Source: a bacterium
Lineage (GTDB): Bacteria; Zhuqueibacterota; Zhuqueibacteria; Zhuqueibacterales; Zhuqueibacteraceae
Reading direction: 5' to 3'
Assembly: GCA_044869275.1 (NCBI GenBank)
Contig: JBIOXB010000178.1
Location: 1 to 22,151 of the forward strand
Length of the DNA stretch: 22,151 nt
Shown piece by piece: positions 17,993 through 22,151 of this stretch. The notes beneath the pieces are model-generated. The model was not told the origin of the DNA. It saw only the letters and a list, made by a program, of their open reading frames with translations, and searched no databases. The first letter of the stretch is position 1, and the number at the start of each line of letters is the position of its first letter. The position numbers and the translations under genes were made by a program.

Positions 17993-19011
17993 GCATGGAG
18001 AAACCCATGACCTCGCGCGAACGTGTGCTTGCGGTTTTCTCCGGTGAAAAGCCGGATCGTGTCCCGCTCACAGTATTTGCGGGTTGGAATCCCGGCGTGC
18101 GTCAAAAAATCGAGATACGCTACGGCAGCATTGACGCGTTCAACGCGCACCATGGCATCGACGCCGTTACCGGAGTTCTGCCTCGATTTCCTTTTGGCGG
18201 CCGCGCGGGCCATGCGGCGATCATGGATTTGGATCAATACCTCGAGCAGGAGCCGGATGACCCGCGAGCGCCGGCGTTGCTCGTGACGCCCTGCGACGAT
18301 GATCTTTTCCTGACCGTGCAACAAGCGCTGCGGTATCACGAACAAAGCAAAGCCGTGTTCTGTCACGCCTGGGGCGTATTTGAGCTTTCGCAATTTTTAT
18401 TTGAGCAAGACGGCATTCCCGGTGTGGAACAGGCGCTGCTCAATATGGCGATGGAACCCGAGAAAACGAAGCGTATGTTTCTCAAACTCGCGGCTTGGAC
18501 CGCGGATTGCGTTGAGAACGCCATACGAGCGGGGGTCGATGTCATTGAGCTCTCGGACGATTGGGGCCAGCAAAACAACCTGCTCTTCAGCCCGGGAATG
18601 TGGTGGGACATGGTTTACCCGGCAACGAAGTTGATCGTGGACCGCGCACATGATTTTCATGTGCCGGTGTTGCTGCACAGCGACGGCGACGTGACCAAAG
18701 TTTTGGAAGGCATCGCCAAGCTTGAGGTGTCCGGGCTTCATCCCGTGCAAGAATCCGCCGGTATGTCGCCCAAACAAGTGCGCGAGTTTTTCGGGCGCAA
18801 GCTCTGCATCATGGGCGGACTGGACACGATAACCGCGCTGCCAGTGATGACCACTGAAGAGATACGCCCCGAAGTGGAGCGGGTATTTACCGTGCTCAAA
18901 AACACTGGCGGGTTCATTTTTGCGGGTTCACATATGTTTCAGGAAGACACGCCGCTCGAAGTGATTGCCGCGGCCTATCAGCGCGCTGAGGAATTGGCAG
19001 CGTATCCATAA
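17989..19011 (+). CDS. URO-D-fold putative methyltransferase 2
   Basis: MTSRERV...GEKPDRVP, LSDDWG, LFSPGMW, LLHSDG, IMGGLD, GGFIFAGSH. GTGA overlap with the corrinoid gene stop; ATG 17995 is an alternative start. Confidence 0.85.
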   Translation: MSMEKPMTSRERVLAVFSGEKPDRVPLTVFAGWNPGVRQKIEIRYGSIDAFNAHHGIDAVTGVLPRFPFGGRAGHAAIMDLDQYLEQEPDDPRAPALLVTPCDDDLFLTVQQALRYHEQSKAVFCHAWGVFELSQFLFEQDGIPGVEQALLNMAMEPEKTKRMFLKLAAWTADCVENAIRAGVDVIELSDDWGQQNNLLFSPGMWWDMVYPATKLIVDRAHDFHVPVLLHSDGDVTKVLEGIAKLEVSGLHPVQESAGMSPKQVREFFGRKLCIMGGLDTITALPVMTTEEIRPEVERVFTVLKNTGGFIFAGSHMFQEDTPLEVIAAAYQRAEELAAYP

Positions 19012-19166
19012 CGTTAAGTTCTCGTATTTGCACAAACAACAGCACTGTCATTCTGTAAGAATCTTCCCATGATGCAATATCACACTCCATTTCGGCTTTG
19101 TGCCCAGCACTTGGGAAGATGCTTACAGCATGACAAATTGAGAGGGCGCGGTTTTAACTTAACATT
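19010..19166. mobile_element. 157-bp MITE-like element carrying a TGTCATTC-family hairpin
   Basis: Termini aacgttaagtt (19010-19020) / aacttaacatt (19156-19166), 10/11 match. Internal IR 19046-19069 vs 19112-19135, 22/24 match. Related to 181-235. Confidence 0.75.
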
Positions 19167-19201
19167 GTCAAGATAGTTCCTTTTATTCTATGTTAGTACT
19201 A

Positions 19202-19294
19202 CAACGTTATGCCAACGCCGCCACTGGACTTGTCATCCCGATGCTTCGGGAGGACAATGCTGGTGTTTAGTGCAAAAATGTGAACTTAACATTG
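19202..19294. mobile_element. 93-bp second member of the same element family
   Basis: Ends caacgtta / taacattg, flanked on both sides by tagtacta (19194-19201, 19295-19302). Right end gtgcaaaaatgtgaacttaacattg resembles 212-236. Internal hairpin ttgtcatcccgatgcttcgggaggacaa (19230-19257). Confidence 0.7.
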
Positions 19295-19321
19295 TAGTAC
19301 TAGTCACAAATATGGAGCTCC

Positions 19322-20173
19322 ATGTACTTTCTCAACAACTCATCTCTCCAAGTTCACATACTTGATCCCATCGTTGATCAATCGCGTCTTGGTTGGCGCT
19401 TTTGCACTGGCGGCTATATTTATCAAGTTGAAGATGTGCGCCACGGCGCTTTGCTCAGCGGTCCGGAATTCCCTGCAGAAAATCCTGCGGTAACGAATGG
19501 TCAAGGGCTCCCCGAGGTATTTCAGTTCACGCTTTATCGCGAAGAACGCGAAATCGAGGAGAAGAAACTCATCATTGGCGTGGGCCTCATCGATAAACGT
19601 GACACTGCTTTGCCGTATCATCTTTTCACCAATGCAAAAGTTCTGTCATTTTGCAATTGGGAGGTTTTGCAGAGCGACGCGCTTCTACGCTTTGAGACCA
19701 CGCAAACTTTCAAGCAATGGATGTTCCGGTTGATCCGCGAAGTCAGCTTGCACGAAAGATGCATTCGCTCGGCCACAAGGTTGCAAAACATTGGTGAAAC
19801 GCCAGTGCCTTTCCGTTGGTTCGCGCATCCGTTTTTCCCGTTGACGCATGATTTTCGTTGCTGCCGCTTGACCGGGCTTTCTGCTTTGCCGGGGAACCCG
19901 GGTTTTGAGCTGGACAGCACCGGCTTCATCGTTATGAACGCTGAATACAATTGGCAGGAGGGAGGTTATCTCAAATTCGGACAATTGAATGGTGCACATT
20001 TGGAAGCATGGCAGTGCCATGATTCGCTGGGTAAGATTCACGCGAGTTGTGATTTCCCTCTTTCTGATGTGGCGATTTGGGCGAATGACAAGACGTTTTC
20101 CTTTGAGCCGTTCTATCAAGTCACGGTGCCACCCCGGCACGAGCAACAATGGGCAATCCAGTATCATTTTTGA
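19322..20173 (+). CDS. Aldose 1-epimerase / galactose mutarotase-like fold protein
   Basis: Beta-strand-rich sequence. TRLQNIG...PFRWFAHPFF and FSFEPF...V.P..EQQWAIQY match the mutarotase His and Glu motifs. GGAG precedes ATG. Confidence 0.65.
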   Translation: MYFLNNSSLQVHILDPIVDQSRLGWRFCTGGYIYQVEDVRHGALLSGPEFPAENPAVTNGQGLPEVFQFTLYREEREIEEKKLIIGVGLIDKRDTALPYHLFTNAKVLSFCNWEVLQSDALLRFETTQTFKQWMFRLIREVSLHERCIRSATRLQNIGETPVPFRWFAHPFFPLTHDFRCCRLTGLSALPGNPGFELDSTGFIVMNAEYNWQEGGYLKFGQLNGAHLEAWQCHDSLGKIHASCDFPLSDVAIWANDKTFSFEPFYQVTVPPRHEQQWAIQYHF

Positions 20174-20179
20174 GGCCGC

Positions 20180-21982
20180 ATGCTCGACCCCATCAAGCAA
20201 CTCAATTATCTCGATTACCTCGTCATCGTGTTTTATCTGCTCATGCTTAGCGGTGTGGGCCTCTATCTGACAAAGTTCAACAAGACCGTGGACGATTTTT
20301 TCAAAGGCGGCGGCAAAACCCCGTGGTGGATTGCCGGGCTCTCGACCTTTGTCTCGGGTTTTACCGCGTTTATGTTCGTGGCGGCAGCCGGACATACTTA
20401 TAAAAACGGGCTGGCCGCGGTGTTGCTTTTTACCTCGGCCTGCTGGGGATATGCGCTGGGGTATTTTGTCTATGCCATCAAATGGCGCCGCGCGCGCCTC
20501 TCCTCGCCGATGGAATTCTTGACGAAGCGCTACTCACAAGCCACGACTTATTGGTACACCTTGCTGTCGATTGTGCCGGCGATTTTGGGGATGGGATTGG
20601 GCATTTACACATTGTGCATCTTTCTCTCGACCGCCCTCGGGCTTGCCAATTGGCAGCTTGACGCGGGCCTGGTTACGCTGAGCGGTTTGGAAGTGACCAT
20701 GCTTGTCACCGGAGTCGTTTTGCTGATTTACAACAGCGCCGGCGGCCTCTGGGGCGTGATGATCACCGATGTGATGCAGTTTCTCGTCATCGTCATCATG
20801 ACGCTGATGATTTTCCCGCTCGCGTTTATGGCGCTGGGCAACGGCGAGGGCTTCGTGGCGGGCATACAAAGACTGTGGACGCAAGCACCGGAAGGTTATT
20901 TCAGTTTGGGGGATTTGTTTCGCCGGCCCTGGTTTTATCTCGCTTATTTGACAAATATTTTCATCGGCTACAATGCCGCGTGGTTCATTGGGCAGCGCTA
21001 TGAAAGTGTGCCGGGCGAGCGCGACGCGCGCAAGATGGCGTTGCTATGCAGTGTGCTCAGTTTTTTGCTGCCACTGTTGTGGATCGCGCCGGCCATGGCT
21101 GCCCGCTTGCTTTTTCCTTCGATGAGGACCCTTTGGCCGCAACTCGCCGAGCCTGCTGAAGCTTCTTTCGTTACGCTCGCGCTCACGTTGCTGCCCAATG
21201 GTATGATTGGCGTCACCATGTCGGCGCTGCTGGCCGCCACCACCAGCGCGGTGGACACCGGCTTGAATTATCTTGCCTCGATCTTAGTGCGCGACGTTTA
21301 TGTGCGCCTCAAAAAGGCTTCCTCCCGGCAAGAACCGTCTCAGCAACAGCAGTTGCGCATGGGCCGGGTGCTCGTGCTCGTGCTGGGAGCATTGGCCATT
21401 GCCTCGGCATTGATCGTACAAAGAGCCAAGGGCGTTTTTGAATTCGCTTTGATGTACTATTCCTGGTTCACACCGGCCATGCTCACGCCCGTGATGTTGG
21501 GATTCGTATTCACCAAGACACCTTCATGGTCTGCCATTGGCTCGGCGCTGACCGGGTTGTTGCTCGTGCTGGCGTGCAACGTGGTTTTTGATTTCTCCGC
21601 GCACCAATACGAAGCCAATGTTTTTGTCGGGGTTTCGGCGAGCGCATTGGTTTTCTTCATTTCCTCTTTCTGGCAAGATCGCGACCCGCACAAACGCGCG
21701 CGCATCGCTGCTTTTGCCCGAGAGCTGCAAACGCCGGCCCAGGCCGAGAAGCAGGGCTGGGACAATAATACGCTGCAATCTTACAAAGTCATCGGCGTTC
21801 TGACCGCCGCTGTCGGCGTGGTGTTGCTCTTGCTGATGTTCGTGCCGGCGTCGCGCGCCGTGTTCTGGCTGAATGCTATTGCCGCATTCTGTACGCTCGG
21901 AGTGGGATTATGTATGGTTTGGTATTTCAGAAGCAGGCAAAAGGCATATAAGGATTCTACCTCAGATTTTCAGACAAGCTGA
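20180..21982 (+). CDS. Sodium:solute symporter (SSS) family transporter, probably for a sugar
   Basis: 600 aa, multi-pass hydrophobic. DFFKGG..TPWWIAGLS, GGLWGVMITDVMQF, QRY, LPNGMIG...ALLAATTSAVD, RDVY. Confidence 0.92.
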   Translation: MLDPIKQLNYLDYLVIVFYLLMLSGVGLYLTKFNKTVDDFFKGGGKTPWWIAGLSTFVSGFTAFMFVAAAGHTYKNGLAAVLLFTSACWGYALGYFVYAIKWRRARLSSPMEFLTKRYSQATTYWYTLLSIVPAILGMGLGIYTLCIFLSTALGLANWQLDAGLVTLSGLEVTMLVTGVVLLIYNSAGGLWGVMITDVMQFLVIVIMTLMIFPLAFMALGNGEGFVAGIQRLWTQAPEGYFSLGDLFRRPWFYLAYLTNIFIGYNAAWFIGQRYESVPGERDARKMALLCSVLSFLLPLLWIAPAMAARLLFPSMRTLWPQLAEPAEASFVTLALTLLPNGMIGVTMSALLAATTSAVDTGLNYLASILVRDVYVRLKKASSRQEPSQQQQLRMGRVLVLVLGALAIASALIVQRAKGVFEFALMYYSWFTPAMLTPVMLGFVFTKTPSWSAIGSALTGLLLVLACNVVFDFSAHQYEANVFVGVSASALVFFISSFWQDRDPHKRARIAAFARELQTPAQAEKQGWDNNTLQSYKVIGVLTAAVGVVLLLLMFVPASRAVFWLNAIAAFCTLGVGLCMVWYFRSRQKAYKDSTSDFQTS

Positions 21983-22151
21983 AAACCGAAGCTCCTTACG
22001 GAGCAACTTTAGACAAAAAGCTCTCCAACGGACTCACTATGTCAAGTTAAAAATCAGCTTTTTTTTAATTTTGGTTTTGATTGGCGATGAGATGTTTGGC
22101 CATTTGTGCCAAGAAGAGATTTTCATCATAACAAGTTCTGTTCTGCCACAT

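Noticed and set aside
16141..19011. Calling the URO-D genes hemE
   Set aside because: No RQAGR motif, metal-type HxC/HxD motifs are present, they flank a corrinoid protein, and no haem genes are nearby.
3562..19302. CRISPR array or tRNA/rRNA genes among the palindromic repeats
   Set aside because: The repeats are dispersed inverted pairs without regular spacers, no cas genes are present, and no cloverleaf or rRNA signatures were seen.
21991..22004. gctcc-ttac-ggagc hairpin as an intrinsic terminator
   Set aside because: Only a 5-bp stem and no immediate U-tract; plausible but not supportable.

Overview
Bacterial, moderately GC-rich window. All 15 intact or near-intact genes and one remnant lie on the + strand and form a carbohydrate-utilisation-type locus. 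In order: a secreted heparinase II/III-like protein, a PhyH-family Fe/2OG dioxygenase, a GH172 (DUF2961) glycosidase, a TIM-barrel sugar isomerase/epimerase, a GH42-like glycosidase, an internally deleted Zn-dependent dehydrogenase pseudogene, a PAPS sulfotransferase, two tandem paralogous six-hairpin glycosidase-like genes (the first with an in-frame TAG in its signal peptide), a divergent GH37 trehalase-like enzyme, a URO-D/MtaA-like + corrinoid protein + URO-D-like trio, an aldose-epimerase-like protein and a Na+/solute symporter. The leading hypothesis is a cobalamin-dependent methyl-transfer (sugar O-demethylation) module built into a glycan-degradation locus. The intergenic spacers hold many palindromic repeats; several are IS-like terminal inverted repeats wrapped around REP-like doublets, and one is nested inside another with a 5-bp target duplication. 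All product calls come from reading motifs by eye; no database searches were run.
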